A stretch of DNA of 64,000 nt, from assembly GCA_951406725.2 (NCBI GenBank), contig OX597817.1, forward strand, positions 157,666,001 to 157,730,000, read 5' to 3'. This stretch comes from Octopus vulgaris. Its lineage: Eukaryota. This document shows, one piece after another, positions 1 through 13,370 of this stretch. The notes beneath the pieces were generated by a model, which saw only the letters and a program-made list of their open reading frames with translations, did no database searches and was not told where the DNA came from. The position numbers and the translations under genes were made by a program. Numbering within the stretch: the first letter of the stretch is position 1; the number at the start of each line of letters is the position of its first letter.

Positions 1-574
1 AAAGAAACTCAGATGAATTATCAAGGAAATTTGCTTAAAGTTGCTGACTTTGTGGCAATTTATTCCAGGTCATATCACTGAGATTACGAAATTAGATCAA
101 CCATTTGTCTGAACTAGATTCAGTCAGAAATGCAGCTAAATAGGAAGAAAAAAAGACAATCTTTGTCTTATTAGGCATATGTAGGAAGGCAAATGAAACA
201 GAGGCAAGCACAACATACAAAACAGCTTTGAAGCATGTTTTTATATTTTGATGCCAACCTATCAATTTGGCATTAGGAACAAGGTAACTTCTTGTAAAAG
301 GGGTGGTGCAGTCAATGAACACAAGTCTAATTTATAACTGGTACATATTTTATGAACTCCATAAGGATGAAAGACAAAGTCAATGTTGACTGGATTGAAC
401 TCAAGTATAACCAAAAGTAGATGCATTTCCACCGTTTTTGTCAACTCTATAGTTCAATGAACCAAAAAAGAAGCTTTTATACAGTTGATTGACCTGCTAA
501 AATTAGCTGTCAAATCTTCAATTCATTGCGTCCTGAGGGGGAAAAAAGGCTCCCTAGACTATTGTAGTCCTATA

Positions 575-769
575 TATAGGAGAGTTTACGAAAAAAAAAC
601 AAAAGACGAAGACAGGTGGTGTACAAAACAAACAGATGTATTAGCATAATGCTCAGGAAAAGAAAAAATCTTTTACATTTCGAGCCTACGCTCTTCTACA
701 GAAAGGGACACAGAAAAAACAAGGAGAGAAAAAACAAGGAGAGAAAAAACAAGGAGAGAAAAAAAGGAG
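575..769 (-). mobile_element. Short Penelope-like/retrozyme-type fragment carrying a degenerate hammerhead
   Basis: Flanked by direct repeat AGTCCTATA (566-574, 770-778); contains hammerhead-like motif at 670-705 and a 15-nt AAAAAACAAGGAGAG tandem. Confidence 0.55.
670..705 (-). ncRNA. Degenerate minimal type I hammerhead ribozyme
   Basis: Minus strand CTTT-CTGTAGA-A-GAGC-GTAG-GCTC-GAAA-TGTA-AAAG: stem I CTTT/AAAG, stem II GAGC/GCTC; A6>U in the core and presumed ACGT stem III decayed to ATGT. Confidence 0.5.
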
Positions 770-778
770 AGTCCTATA

Positions 779-994
779 AACAGTGCTGAAAAGTTCTTGG
801 CTTTAAGGGTATTGTGAAAGGCCTGGTTGGAGGCTCAACCTTCCAATTTATTTTACATGGCTCAGAAACACTAAAGGACCACTGCAATATGTGTGTGAAT
901 CTGAGTGGGGAATATGTTGAATAAAATCATAATTAACTGATCCTCCTGTATTTTCTTTTACCCAAAGCCAGGAATTTTTCAGCATACCTTTGTA
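779..994 (+). mobile_element. Mariner-derived MITE (family 2)
   Basis: Inverted ends GTGCTGAAAAGTTCTTGGCTTT / AAAGCCAGGAATTTTTCAGCAT; internal decayed transposase C-terminus (LKDHCNMCVNLSGEYVE*); second copy at ~44021-44239. Confidence 0.75.
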
Positions 995-1496
995 TATGCT
1001 ATATCCAATAAAAAGACAGAACAGTCACAGCTGGACCATCTTTGCTCACCACAAGTCTGTTTGCCCAGGGTTGACATGGAGTTAAAAAAATATTATCATT
1101 GTTCAAGAAACACTGAATAAGGATTTTTTTCACAAAACACGATATTTAAAATTTTCGAGGGAAAGTAAACGACAAATGAAACATTGTGATTATTCATTGT
1201 CTTCTCAAGACCATCAGTGAGTAAATAAAGGAAATTTCAAAAGGAAATCCAAACCAGATCAAAGCCTTCTCTCACTAGTTATATTACTGCAGAATTATCA
1301 TAATCACAGAAATACAGGATATTAGCTAAAACAATGACACATCTGGGAGTTTCAGATCTTAAAACTTGTATTATTAAAATAAATCTCAACTTCTTATTCA
1401 AATAGAAATTGTTGTAGAGCAAGCTAGAAATATACAAGATTCAGAAACAAGCTAGTCAACTAGAAAAACTAGTAATGGCTTTTGAGAGAAATGAAT

Positions 1497-1512
1497 TATT
1501 ATAATAGTAATA

Positions 1513-1579
<67 letters not shown>
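1497..1579. repeat. (AAT)n microsatellite
   Basis: Direct reading. Confidence 0.95.
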
Positions 1580-1581
<2 letters not shown>

Positions 1582-1870
1582 TAGTAATAAATAAGTAAAT
1601 AGATTTAAAATAGAATTATGACATGAATATCTGAAATTAAATTTTCAAGGAGATTTGTCTTACATGTTTCTGATAAAAGTGGGAAGATGCAAATCAGGCT
1701 GTGCAGTCTCAAATTAGAAATAGAAGAAAAGAATCAAATTTGTTGGCCTTCATAACAACAGGGGACTTATAAACACAGAAATGCTTTGCAATATCTAGTT
1801 TTGTCTCTCTACTTTCTAAGTTCAAATCTCCCTAGAGTCAGCTATACCTTTTTATGTCATGCCAGTGTTA

Positions 1871-2400
1871 CGAGTGTGAGTCAAAAAGTAATGCCATTTT
1901 GTTTAGGACAGGTATAATTACCAACACAGGAACATGTATCATACATCAAAATGAAGCTGGTCCTCTGTGGATCACATCCCTACTTCTCAGCATAGCAATG
2001 TTCTACCTTCAAATGAGAGCATGTATCCCTGCTCTGTAAAATTCTGTTGACTGTTCTTTGAGCCACTTCTTCACTACAGTTTTCACTTCCTTGTCACTGG
2101 ACTATCATCTCTTCGGCCCCATGAAAGAGGATTTGAGAGGCAAAACATTATTCCAGTGATGAGGAAGTGAAAACTGTAGTGAAGAAGTGACTCAAAGAAC
2201 AGTCAAAAGAATTTTATGGGGCAGGGATACATGCTCTCATTTGAAGGTGGGACATTGCTATTGAGAGAGACGGTGACTATGTTGAGAAGTAGGGATGTGA
2301 TCCAGAGAGGACCAGCTTCATTTTGATGTATGATACATGTTCCTGTGTTGGTAATTATACCTGTCCTAAAAAAATGGCATTACTTTTTGACTCACCCTCA
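1871..2400 (+). mobile_element. Non-autonomous mariner (Tc1/mariner) element with ~220-bp inverted arms
   Basis: TA-flanked (1869-1870, 2401-2402); TIR CGAGTGTGAGTCAAAAAGTAATGCCAT / ATGGCATTACTTTTTGACTCACCCTCA; right half encodes DYHLFGPMKEDLRG..YSSDEEVKTVVKK*LKEQSKEFYGAGIHALI*RWDIAIERDGDYVEK*, a mariner transposase C-terminus. Confidence 0.9.
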
Positions 2401-3785
2401 TAATAAAGGTATTTTTTTTTTTTTCGTTTGTTTTTTTATTATTATTTAGTCCCAGAAAGAGATACACCGGCAATGACCTTCACATCTCTCTACCTCAACT
2501 GATGAGGTTCAGTTTGAACTTCTGTAAGTTGATGTCTGCATTAAACATCAGAGAAGAACAAACTATTTGGTGGGAAGTGGATCTGTGGAATTAGAAGCTG
2601 CAGAGATACAGCAAATTGGAAAAGTACCAGTAATGTATAAAGATAAATTCAATTGATCTATATCCACTCCTTAACCCATTAGAAATTAGATAATCTGTCA
2701 AGTGTAATGCTTATTTATTCACATTGTTTTGAATTAATCATGCATTACCTTGTACCTTTGAGATCTTGATGATGGGATTGCATAGCTTTATTCACAGGGG
2801 AAAGAAATTAATAATATAAAACAAAATAAAGTTGCTTCTTAATCCCTAGGGAGCTTTTAAAAGCCAGTGCTTAACTATAGTTACAGGATATGAAACAATG
2901 GAGACATATCTTCCCATAGAGAGGATGCTAGTCTTTCACAGGTAACCTTCCTTAATGATCTATGACCTATTCCTGGTAACAAGGTGAAATGAGGTAATGT
3001 AAGATAAATCATCATTATCATTTAATGTCCATTTTCCATGGGTTGGACAGTTCAAAATGAAGTGGTCAGTCACAAGACTACACCAGGCTCCAATGTCTGC
3101 TTTGGCATAGTTTCTAGGGCTGGATGCTCTTTCTAACACAATCCACTTCACAGAGTGTACAGGGTGCATTTTATATGGCACCAGCACTAGTGATGTCACC
3201 AAGTAACTCACAAGACAAGACCCCTCAACCAAGGGAGTAGTACTGAGGGAAGTAGCTTTATGACAGATGATGAGAGGTTAAAGTATAATAGACAGGAATA
3301 GGTGTCATACTGTGGGGGGGGGGGCATGGTTACACCAGCTGGTAAAGAAAGAGAATGGAGGTGAAGATATGTCAGGGTGTACCCTTGAATACAGAAGCAC
3401 CTACCCTAAGTTAGATCTTGTGATTTATCAGTAACTAGACCATTACTTTATCCATTCAACCATTTTACTTCTATGATTATTTTTTTAGATTCTACATGAA
3501 TAGAAATATATGTAGATAGCTTATATGTTCTAATGAGAAAGGATGAAAAGGATATATCATTTTGAAAATTAATTTAGAGCTGTTAAATAATCTTTTAACT
3601 TTTATTTGTTTTAGTAATTGGACTGCAGCCATGCTGGAGCACCACCTTGAAGGGTTTTAGCTAAACTGACTGACCCCAATACTTATCTTTTTTTCATAAG
3701 TCTGGCAGCAAATATAAAATAAAAACAAACAAGACTCGCAAGGAAGTTCAGTAATACATACATACTACATATGTATATGTATGTG

Positions 3786-3826
<41 letters not shown>

Positions 3827-3837
3827 TATATAGAAGG

Positions 3838-3888
3838 AGCTTCTACAGGACTAGTACTGTTTCATTCAAGAGAAATCTTCAGGAAGCT
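3838..3888 (-). ncRNA. Type I hammerhead ribozyme (left-arm copy)
   Basis: Exact reverse complement of 9029-9079. Confidence 0.75.
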
Positions 3889-4257
3889 ATTTAACAAGAA
3901 TTGTATTAGCATTTATACATTTAGAGGAGTGGTGGTGGGGGACTTTTTGGGGGTAGGCATAGCGCAAAATATCATACTTGGGGGAGTGGTCAAGGTAATA
4001 AAAAAATAAAAAAATAAAAAATAAAACAATAAAAAGATAAAATAAAAGAATAAAAATAAAAAATATAAAAAATATAAAAAATATAAAAAATATATATAAA
4101 AAAATATATAAAAAAAATATATATATAAAATATATATATAAAATATATATATAAAAAAAGGGGGGATAGAGTTATAGGTAAATAAGGAGATTCTCACTTA
4201 TACCTATACACACATGTATACGTATCTACACACACATACGCACATACACATATATCT

Positions 4258-4307
<50 letters not shown>

Positions 4308-4763
4308 ACACATACACACATACATACATACAAATATACATATACATATATATATATACAATCCAATACAGGCCCATTCCCTAATTTTAATTTTATTATC
4401 TTCATTTATTACTTTTGTTATCTTTGATCGCTAAGGCTAAGAATCCTGGCAATAGCTGCTTGTCCATTTGTCTGTCTACTAGAAGGCAAGTACTCATTCC
4501 CGCACGCACACTCATTAGCACGTACATTCACCCATTCGTACACTCATACACATACACGTACGCACGCGTTATATTCATACATACAAACATCTACATACGT
4601 TCACGTATATACACATACGTACTCGTACCTACAGATTCGTGTCTACACTTTAGGAGGCTAGTCTATACATATACACCAATAAATATACATATATATATAT
4701 ATATATATATACCCGCATATACATACACACACACACATATATACTCCTACATACAGATACATA

Positions 4764-4805
<42 letters not shown>

Positions 4806-4999
4806 TACATATATATATACATACATACACATACATACACATACACACATACACACACACATACATATACATACACAAACATATATACACACACATATAT
4901 ATACATACACACATACACACATACATACGTATACATACATACATACATCTATACATCCATACTTACATGCATTTATACGCATACACACACCCATCTATA

Positions 5000-5040
<41 letters not shown>

Positions 5041-5319
5041 TCACACATACATATACAAATCTACGCACACACATACATACATACACGTATACGCATACAC
5101 GCACATACACATATACATGCGTACCCATACACGTGCACACACGCTCGCGCATCCATATAAATACACCCACACACATATATATATACACGTGTGCAAGCAT
5201 ACATACATACTCATACGCGCACACATACTTACAGATACATATATGCACACACTTACACACATATATATACATACACATATACATGCATACATACATATAT
5301 GCATACATACACACACGCA

Positions 5320-5366
<47 letters not shown>

Positions 5367-5444
5367 ATATATACACATATATATACACACATAGACATAT
5401 ATACACATACATACACATACACATACGTACACACACATATACAC

Positions 5445-5486
<42 letters not shown>

Positions 5487-6017
5487 ACGCATACATATAT
5501 ACACATATACATACACATACATACACACACACATACATATATACATATACACTGATACACATACCCATACATACACATGCATATACTTATATTACTACAT
5601 ACTCACATATATAGACATATATACATATACACACATACATATATACATGTACATACACATACGCATGCATATATATATATATATATATACATATATATAC
5701 ACATATATATATACATATACATATATATATATACATACATACACACACACACACACATACATATACACATATACATGTATACATACGCAAAAATGATACG
5801 CATATATACACATACACACACACAGACAGATGCATATACATACATATATATATATATAAACTACATATCTATATAAATACATACATAATACACATATACA
5901 CACACATATATATACATTCATGCATATACATATACAAGTATACATACACAAACATACACACACACGCGCACACATACATATACACGCACACATATACAAA
6001 TACATACATACACACAT

Positions 6018-6048
<31 letters not shown>

Positions 6049-6854
6049 CATATACATACATGTACACATATACATATGTATATATATATCAACAAGGGAG
6101 GGTAAAGTTAATTAGTTATTAATCAATTTCATCAAGTGTTCAGTATGTAAAGGGACCATTATTATTTTGAGTAAACAATGTTAGAGGGAAAAAAATTCTC
6201 TAAGTAGTGGAAGAGGCTAAAAAACTTTATTGGCTGCTATTTCTAGAAAGTTTAGTATGTGGCAAAGTAATTTATTTTATTTTCCTAAGCCCTAATTATA
6301 TAATATTTTATACATACATACACATACATAAGCACATACATTTACACATACATATGCATATACATATATACACATATACATACAAACACATATACACATA
6401 TACACACACACACACATACAAGCACATACATATATATATACATATATATATATATGTGTGTATATATATGTATATATATATGTATGTGCTTGTATGTGTG
6501 TGTGTGTGTATATGTGTTTGTATGTATATGTGTATATATGTATATGCATATGTATGTGTAAATGTATGTGCTTATGTATGTGTATGTATGTATAAAATAT
6601 TATATAATTAGGGCTTAGGAAAATAAAATAAATTACTTTGCCACATACTAAACTTTCTAGAAATAGCAGCCAATAAAGTTTTTTAGCCTCTTCCACTACT
6701 TAGAGAATTTTTTTCCCTCTAACATTGTTTACTCAAAATAATAATGGTCCCTTTACATACTGAACACTTGATGAAATTGATTAATAACTAATTAACTTTA
6801 CCCTCCCTTGTTGATATATATATACATATGTATATGTGTACATGTATGTATATG

Positions 6855-6885
<31 letters not shown>

Positions 6886-7411
6886 ATGTGTGTATGTATG
6901 TATTTGTATATGTGTGCGTGTATATGTATGTGTGCGCGTGTGTGTGTATGTTTGTGTATGTATACTTGTATATGTATATGCATGAATGTATATATATGTG
7001 TGTGTATATGTGTATTATGTATGTATTTATATAGATATGTAGTTTATATATATATATATGTATGTATATGCATCTGTCTGTGTGTGTGTATGTGTATATA
7101 TGCGTATCATTTTTGCGTATGTATACATGTATATGTGTATATGTATGTGTGTGTGTGTGTGTATGTATGTATATATATATATGTATATGTATATATATAT
7201 GTGTATATATATGTATATATATATATATATATATGCATGCGTATGTGTATGTACATGTATATATGTATGTGTGTATATGTATATATGTCTATATATGTGA
7301 GTATGTAGTAATATAAGTATATGCATGTGTATGTATGGGTATGTGTATCAGTGTATATGTATATATGTATGTGTGTGTGTATGTATGTGTATGTATATGT
7401 GTATATATGTA

Positions 7412-7460
<49 letters not shown>

Positions 7461-7527
7461 ATATGTGTGTGTACGTATGTGTATGTGTATGTATGTGTAT
7501 ATATGTCTATGTGTGTATATATATGTG

Positions 7528-7583
<56 letters not shown>

Positions 7584-7862
7584 TGCGTGTGTGTATGTAT
7601 GCATATATGTATGTATGCATGTATATGTGTATGTATATATATGTGTGTAAGTGTGTGCATATATGTATCTGTAAGTATGTGTGCGCGTATGAGTATGTAT
7701 GTATGCTTGCACACGTGTATATATATATGTGTGTGGGTGTATTTATATGGATGCGCGAGCGTGTGTGCACGTGTATGGGTACGCATGTATATGTGTATGT
7801 GCGTGTATGCGTATACGTGTATGTATGTATGTGTGTGCGTAGATTTGTATATGTATGTGTGA

Positions 7863-7901
<39 letters not shown>

Positions 7902-8105
7902 TATAGATGGGTGTGTGTATGCGTATAAATGCATGTAAGTATGGATGTATAGATGTATGTATGTATGTATACGTATGTATGTGTGTATGTGTGTATGTAT
8001 ATATATGTGTGTGTATATATGTTTGTGTATGTATATATATGTGTATGTATGTGTGTGTGTATGTGTGTATGTGTATGTATGTGTATGTATGTATATGTAT
8101 ATGTA

Positions 8106-8147
<42 letters not shown>

Positions 8148-8606
8148 TATGTATCTGTATGTAGGAGTATATATGTGTGTGTGTGTATGTATATGCGGGT
8201 ATATATATATATATATATATATGTATATTTATTGGTGTATATGTATAGACTAGCCTCCTAAAGTGTAGACACGAATCTGTAGGTACGAGTACGTATGTGT
8301 ATATACGTGAACGTATGTAGATGTTTGTATGTATGAATATAACGCGTGCGTACGTGTATGTGTATGAGTGTACGAATGGGTGAATGTACGTGCTAATGAG
8401 TGTGCGTGCGGGAATGAGTACTTGCCTTCTAGTAGACAGACAAATGGACAAGCAGCTATTGCCAGGATTCTTAGCCTTAGCGATCAAAGATAACAAAAGT
8501 AATAAATGAAGATAATAAAATTAAAATTAGGGAATGGGCCTGTATTGGATTGTATATATATATATGTATATGTATATTTGTATGTATGTATGTGTGTATG
8601 TGTAGG

Positions 8607-8659
<53 letters not shown>

Positions 8660-9028
8660 AGATATATGTGTATGTGCGTATGTGTGTGTAGATACGTATA
8701 CATGTGTGTATAGGTATAAGTGAGAATCTCCTTATTTACCTATAACTCTATCCCCCCTTTTTTTTATATATATATTTTATATATATATTTTATATATATA
8801 TTTTTTTATATATTTTTTTATATATATTTTTTATATTTTTTATATTTTTTATATTTTTTATTTTTATTCTTTTATTTTATCTTTTTATTGTTTTATTTTT
8901 TATTTTTTTATTTTTTTATTACCTTGACCACTCCCCCAAGTATGATATTTTGCGCTATGCCTACCCCCAAAAAGTCCCCCACCACCACTCCTCTAAATGT
9001 ATAAATGCTAATACAATTCTTGTTAAAT

Positions 9029-9079
9029 AGCTTCCTGAAGATTTCTCTTGAATGAAACAGTACTAGTCCTGTAGAAGCT
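9029..9079 (+). ncRNA. Type I hammerhead ribozyme (Penelope-like pLTR type)
   Basis: AGCTTC-CTGAAGA-T-TTC-TCTT-GAA-T-GAA-ACAG-TACTAGTC-CTGT-A-GAAGCT: 6-bp stem I, CUGANGA and GAAA core, 4-bp stem III with near-palindromic loop, GUA cleavage triplet; U-U at base of stem II. Confidence 0.75.
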
Positions 9080-9165
9080 CCTTCTATATAATAAATTAAT
9101 TTTACTCTGCTATGTATTGAGTACCTTACTTACTGTGGTTAACCCCGAATCAACCCGGGAACTAC

Positions 9166-9210
<45 letters not shown>

Positions 9211-9397
9211 TGCAGGTGGCATGTAAAAGCACCCACTATACTCTCGGAGTGGTTGGTGTTAGGAAGGGCATCCAACTGTAGAAACTCTGCCAGACCAGAT
9301 TGGAGTCTGGTGCAACTGTCTGGCTTGCCAGTCCTCAGTCAAAGCGTCCAACCCATGCTAGCATGGAAAGTGGACGTTAAACGATGATGATGATGAT
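9211..9397 (+). mobile_element. RTE LINE 3' end fragment
   Basis: GGAAGGGCATCCAACTGTAGAAA...CCCATGCTAGCATGGAAAG..CGTTAAAC(GAT)n tail shared with ORF-bearing copies at 21890 and 25063. Confidence 0.85.
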
Positions 9398-10014
9398 ATA
9401 TATATATATATATATATGTATATACTTATGACTATTATGAAAAGAGGAAAAGAGACAAGAATTAAGAAATGTTATAAAGAGTATTTCTGTCAGCCAATGG
9501 AAGTTAAGGTAAAAACTCTTTCATAAATCATCAATGATAGGAAAATTTACTGAATAAGATAGAATTTGATACTATACAGGGAACACAATCAATGGTTATA
9601 AATGAAATACAGTGACACTTCTGTAAACTAACAGTCAATGAATGCCAACCAAGGCCTTAACGATAAAACTTTGCAAGTAGGTCCTGTTATTGGGATGACC
9701 TAATAGTAGTGTTACTAGAACTAGAACAAACTTGGGATTGAGAATTGGCAGTGACTGAAGAGATGTAGGGACTACAGTCATTGTTGGCAACAATCAGATT
9801 TTCTTGCTGGACAAAAATTAGCTGAAGTAAATATTCTGTTTGTTTGTGTGCATGAGAGAATGAGAGATGCCATGTATTAATAAAAGATAGACTTGGCAGA
9901 GGTATAAACATTACACATGACTGAGTATATATGAAATTTAGATTTGATCTCGTAACCACGTAATAAAAAAAGAGAAACAAAGTGGGTGAGCTGGTAGAAT
10001 CGTTAGTATGCCAT

Positions 10015-10417
10015 AGGCGTAGGAGCGGCTGTGTGGTAAATAGCTTGTTTACCAACCACATGGTTCTGGGTTCAATCCCACTGCGTGGCACCTTGAGCAA
10101 GTGTCTTCTACTATAGCCTCGGGCCGACCAAAGCCTTGTGAGTGGATTTGGTAGATGAAAACTGAAAGAAGCATGTCATATATATGTATATATATGTGTG
10201 TGCATATGTTTGTGTGTCTGTGTTTGTCCTTCCAACATCGCTTGACAACTGGTGATGGTGTGTTTATGTTCCCGTAACTTAGCGGTTTGGCAAAAGAGAC
10301 CGATAGAATAAGTACTAGGCTTACAAAGAATAAGTCCTGGGGTTGATTTGCTTGACTAAAGGCAGTGCTCCAGCATGACCACAGTCAAATGACTGAAACA
10401 AGTAAGAGAGTAAGAGT
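10015..10417 (+). mobile_element. tRNA-derived SINE family A (internal TA/TG microsatellite), nested in an older family-B-like SINE
   Basis: A-box-like GGCTGTGTGGTAA, B-box-like GGTTCAATCCC, AAGAGT-repeat tail, AGTATGCCA duplication; host SINE spans ~9984-10610. Confidence 0.9.
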
Positions 10418-10826
10418 ATGCCAAGCAAAATGCTTAGCAGCATTTCGTCTGTCTTTATGCTCTGGGTTCAATTCCACTGAGGCTGACTTTGCCTTTCATC
10501 CTTTCAGAATTGATAAAATAGGTACCAGTTGAATACTAGGGTTCATGTAATTCACAAGCCCCTTCCTCTAAAATTGCTGGCCATGTGCCAAAATTTGAAA
10601 TCAATATAAAAAAGAAATGTAAAAATTTTATTGTTCCACGAATTTGAAGTGAATGATCTGATAATCATTCTCCTTGAAATCTAAATGAGCTGAGACAATG
10701 TAGAAGAGAGTATTCTGGCCAGAAGCATGAATAAAACATCTTTAGTGGATTTGAACTCACAACCTATGAAAAACTGTCTGTTACTTATCTCTTAAGTCAT
10801 TTTACCTCAACAACGTAAAAGATAGA

Positions 10827-11060
10827 AGGCGGCGAGCTGGCAGAAACTTTAGTACGCCGGGCGAAATGCTTAGCGGTATTTTGTCTGCCGCTACGTTCTG
10901 AGTTCAAATTCCGCCAAGGTTGACTTTGCCTTTTATCCTTTCGGGGTCGATTAAATAAGTGCCAGTTACGTACTGGGGTCGATGTAATTGATTTAATCCG
11001 TTTGTCTGTCCTTGTTTATCCCCTCTAAGTTTAGCCCCTTGTGGTCAATAAAGAAATAAG
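10827..11060 (+). mobile_element. SINE family B (Meta-domain-like core)
   Basis: AGGCGGCGAGCTGGCAGAAAC head, GAGTTCAAATTCC B-box, GACTTTGCCTTT..TCCTTTCGGGGTCGAT core, CAATAAAGAAAT tail, AAGATAGA duplication. Confidence 0.9.
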
Positions 11061-11332
11061 ATAGACTGGCCTGAAAGAGGATCTAGTGAATGTATAATAC
11101 AAGCGACAAAGTTACCTTACATATGAACCACTAAGTAAGTAATACATGAAATAGATCAAGTTCAAACATGACCAAGATATGTGTAATATAAGAGACATCA
11201 GATATAATCCACTACATATATAAGCTGATAGAGGAATTCAACAATACTCCAAAGTGTTGACAATTTTGTATTCAGCCATTGGCAGTGCAATATGTCAATG
11301 GATAAAACACTGATGTCCCGCTCAAAGTAGCT

Positions 11333-11730
11333 CATCATCATCATCATTTAACATCCGCTTTCCATGCTAGCATGGGTTGGACGATTTGACTGAGGTCTTG
11401 CGAACCAGACTCTAATCTGATCTGGCAGAGTTTCTACAGCTGGATGCCCTTCCTAATGCCAGCCACTCCGAGAGTGAAGTGGGTGCTGTTACGTGCCACC
11501 GGCATGAGGGCCAGCCAGGCGGTACTGGTAATGGCCATGCTCAAATGGTGTTTTTTACGTGCCACCTGCACAGGAGCCAGTCCAGCGGCACTGGCAACGA
11601 TCTTGCTCGAATGCTTGATGTGCCACCAGCACAAGTGCTAGTAAGGCGACGCGGTAACGATCACGCTCAAATGGTGTGCTTAATGTGCCATTGGCACGAA
11701 GGCCAGCTTGTTGCTCTGGCAACGATCTCA
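11333..11730 (-). mobile_element. RTE LINE 3' UTR fragment with tandem units
   Basis: (CAT)n start, reverse complement of RTE tail, ~4 array units. Confidence 0.85.
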
Positions 11731-12969
11731 CTAGTTGTAAGTAGGTATTATAAATTGATACAATTCACCATTGTAGGCAGAGGTAGCAGTGTAACATTGG
11801 AGAGAGCTTTGTTGCCTTGAACTGTTTTGTTCAACTTTATATAACATATAATGGTGGATATAATTTGGTGCACAAGTTAACTTGACCCAGATATGCTACA
11901 GGATTAAGATCTTTTCATTGGTACCTTTATGACATAACAAAGACTGGGATGTATTACATAATATAATGAATAGACTGAACATAAGAGCCAGTATACAACT
12001 TTATACTATAAAGAACAGATTGAATACACATGGATCAGTATATTTGTTAGATGAGGCATAATTTTAGAACTCATAAAATCAACTAGGTAGGTAATATGTA
12101 CCTAAAAAGTAGAGCAGGCTCAACTGAATAATGAAGACCATAAGGAATTATATAAATCAGATACAGCTGGACAAACTAGATTCAGTGAAGAAAGGTTATT
12201 TCTGAAGGGAATATAAAAAAAGAAGAAGAAAAAGAAAAGAAAGAGCATTTTCAGTAATTCTGTGTTACGTAGCATGAGTGGGTAATGGAAGGAAAATAAT
12301 AGTGAAGTAGGAAGTAAATGGAATTTCTTGCTTCAGTCAGTGCGGGAGTTAGTAGAGGACATTATGTTTACGTTTTATGTGCCATGTCATGTTGCATATG
12401 CTTAGTAAATTTAACACAGAAATTACTTTGCTATCAGGTTAGACATTAAAAACAAGGAAAAAAAAAAACGGAAAATGAGGATGCTAAAAATACACACTAT
12501 AATGAAATGGAATGCAAGACCACAAAAAATTAATAATAATAACATTAAGGAAAGAAAATGAAGAGCTAACGAACATATAACAGTAAAATTATGTGGAAAA
12601 GCCTATGGCTGACAGGCAGACTGGTAAGCAGTAAAGTACGTATAAAAGTAAAATTTGTTGTTGATCATTCAATTAATTTAGTGTTGTATGTAGTGTATTG
12701 GTGATTAACACTTGAAGTAATTACAGCAGCTAACAAAAGGCAGAGCTTGGTGGAGAACTAAGATGAGGTAGCAATGACAGGAAAGTAGAGTTTATGGTAA
12801 GATTAATAGCTGCAAGACGAAAAGATAAATTTTAAACTGAAATGTAAATAAAGCAGTGAGTGGATGGCACATGGCTCAGTGGTTAGAGCGTCGAGCTTAC
12901 GATTGTGAGGTTGTGAGTTTGATTCCCAGACTGGGCTATGTGTTGTATTCTTGAGCAATACACTTTATT

Positions 12970-13338
12970 CTCTAGAAAAACGATGGCGCCGTGGTGATCT
13001 CATTCTTGCTCACAACATCATAAGCAGAAAGTGTAAACTCTCGAAAGAGCTGTTCTTCACTCCTGCTCCAGAGCGTTGGCTGCGGGGTCACTCCGAAAAG
13101 CTCTATCTGCAACGATTTCATCTCAATCGAAGGAGAGGGGCTTTCTCCGTCCAGGTTGCGGATCCGTGGAATAAGCTGCCGGACGAAATAGTGAAGATGC
13201 CGACGACCGCTCAGTTCAAAGTCTCTCTTGACCAGAAATGGCCTGAACTCTTTGCATGAACACCCTCCTTGTACATAACTCCAAGTCCACCTACATGGCC
13301 TTTTTTTTTTTTGATTTTTGAGCCAAAAGATTAACTTA
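12970..13338 (+). mobile_element. CR1-clade LINE 3' end (ORF2 C-terminus plus 3' UTR)
   Basis: SLEKRWRRGDLI...LRGHSEKL...RRGAFSVQVADPWNKLPDEIV...FKVSLD is the typical CR1 ORF2 C-terminus; (TAACT) tail; ACTTTATT duplication (12962-12969, 13339-13346). Confidence 0.9.
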
Positions 13339-13370
13339 ACTTTATTTCATGTTGCTCCAGTTAACTCAGC

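Larger units (their letters stand above)
3821..9096. repeat. 5.3-kb near-perfect palindrome (arms ~2.63 kb, centre ~6452)
   Basis: Unique blocks mirror each other (3821-4000 vs 8917-9096; ~4370-4500 vs ~8410-8545; 6090-6310 vs 6595-6813); ORF track is mirror-symmetric (6207/6696, 3913/9004); bulk is TA/CA microsatellite; flanked by (TA)n. Confidence 0.97.

Noticed and set aside
2499-2525. CTGATGA followed by a hairpin
   Set aside because: No GAAA, stem III or cleavage triplet follows
4415-8496. Long ORFs (up to 399 aa) rich in Y/I/H/T or V/C/M
   Set aside because: Stop-poor translations of TA/CA microsatellites, open in many frames on both strands
9687-9835. Possible terminal coding exon (EYLLQLIFVQQENL...SSQ*)
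   Set aside because: Weak acceptor, no recognisable protein, and the ORF's 5' part is SINE read-through
12951-13259. 102-aa ORF as a host gene
   Set aside because: It is the CR1 ORF2 C-terminus, with a non-ATG start lying in SINE sequence
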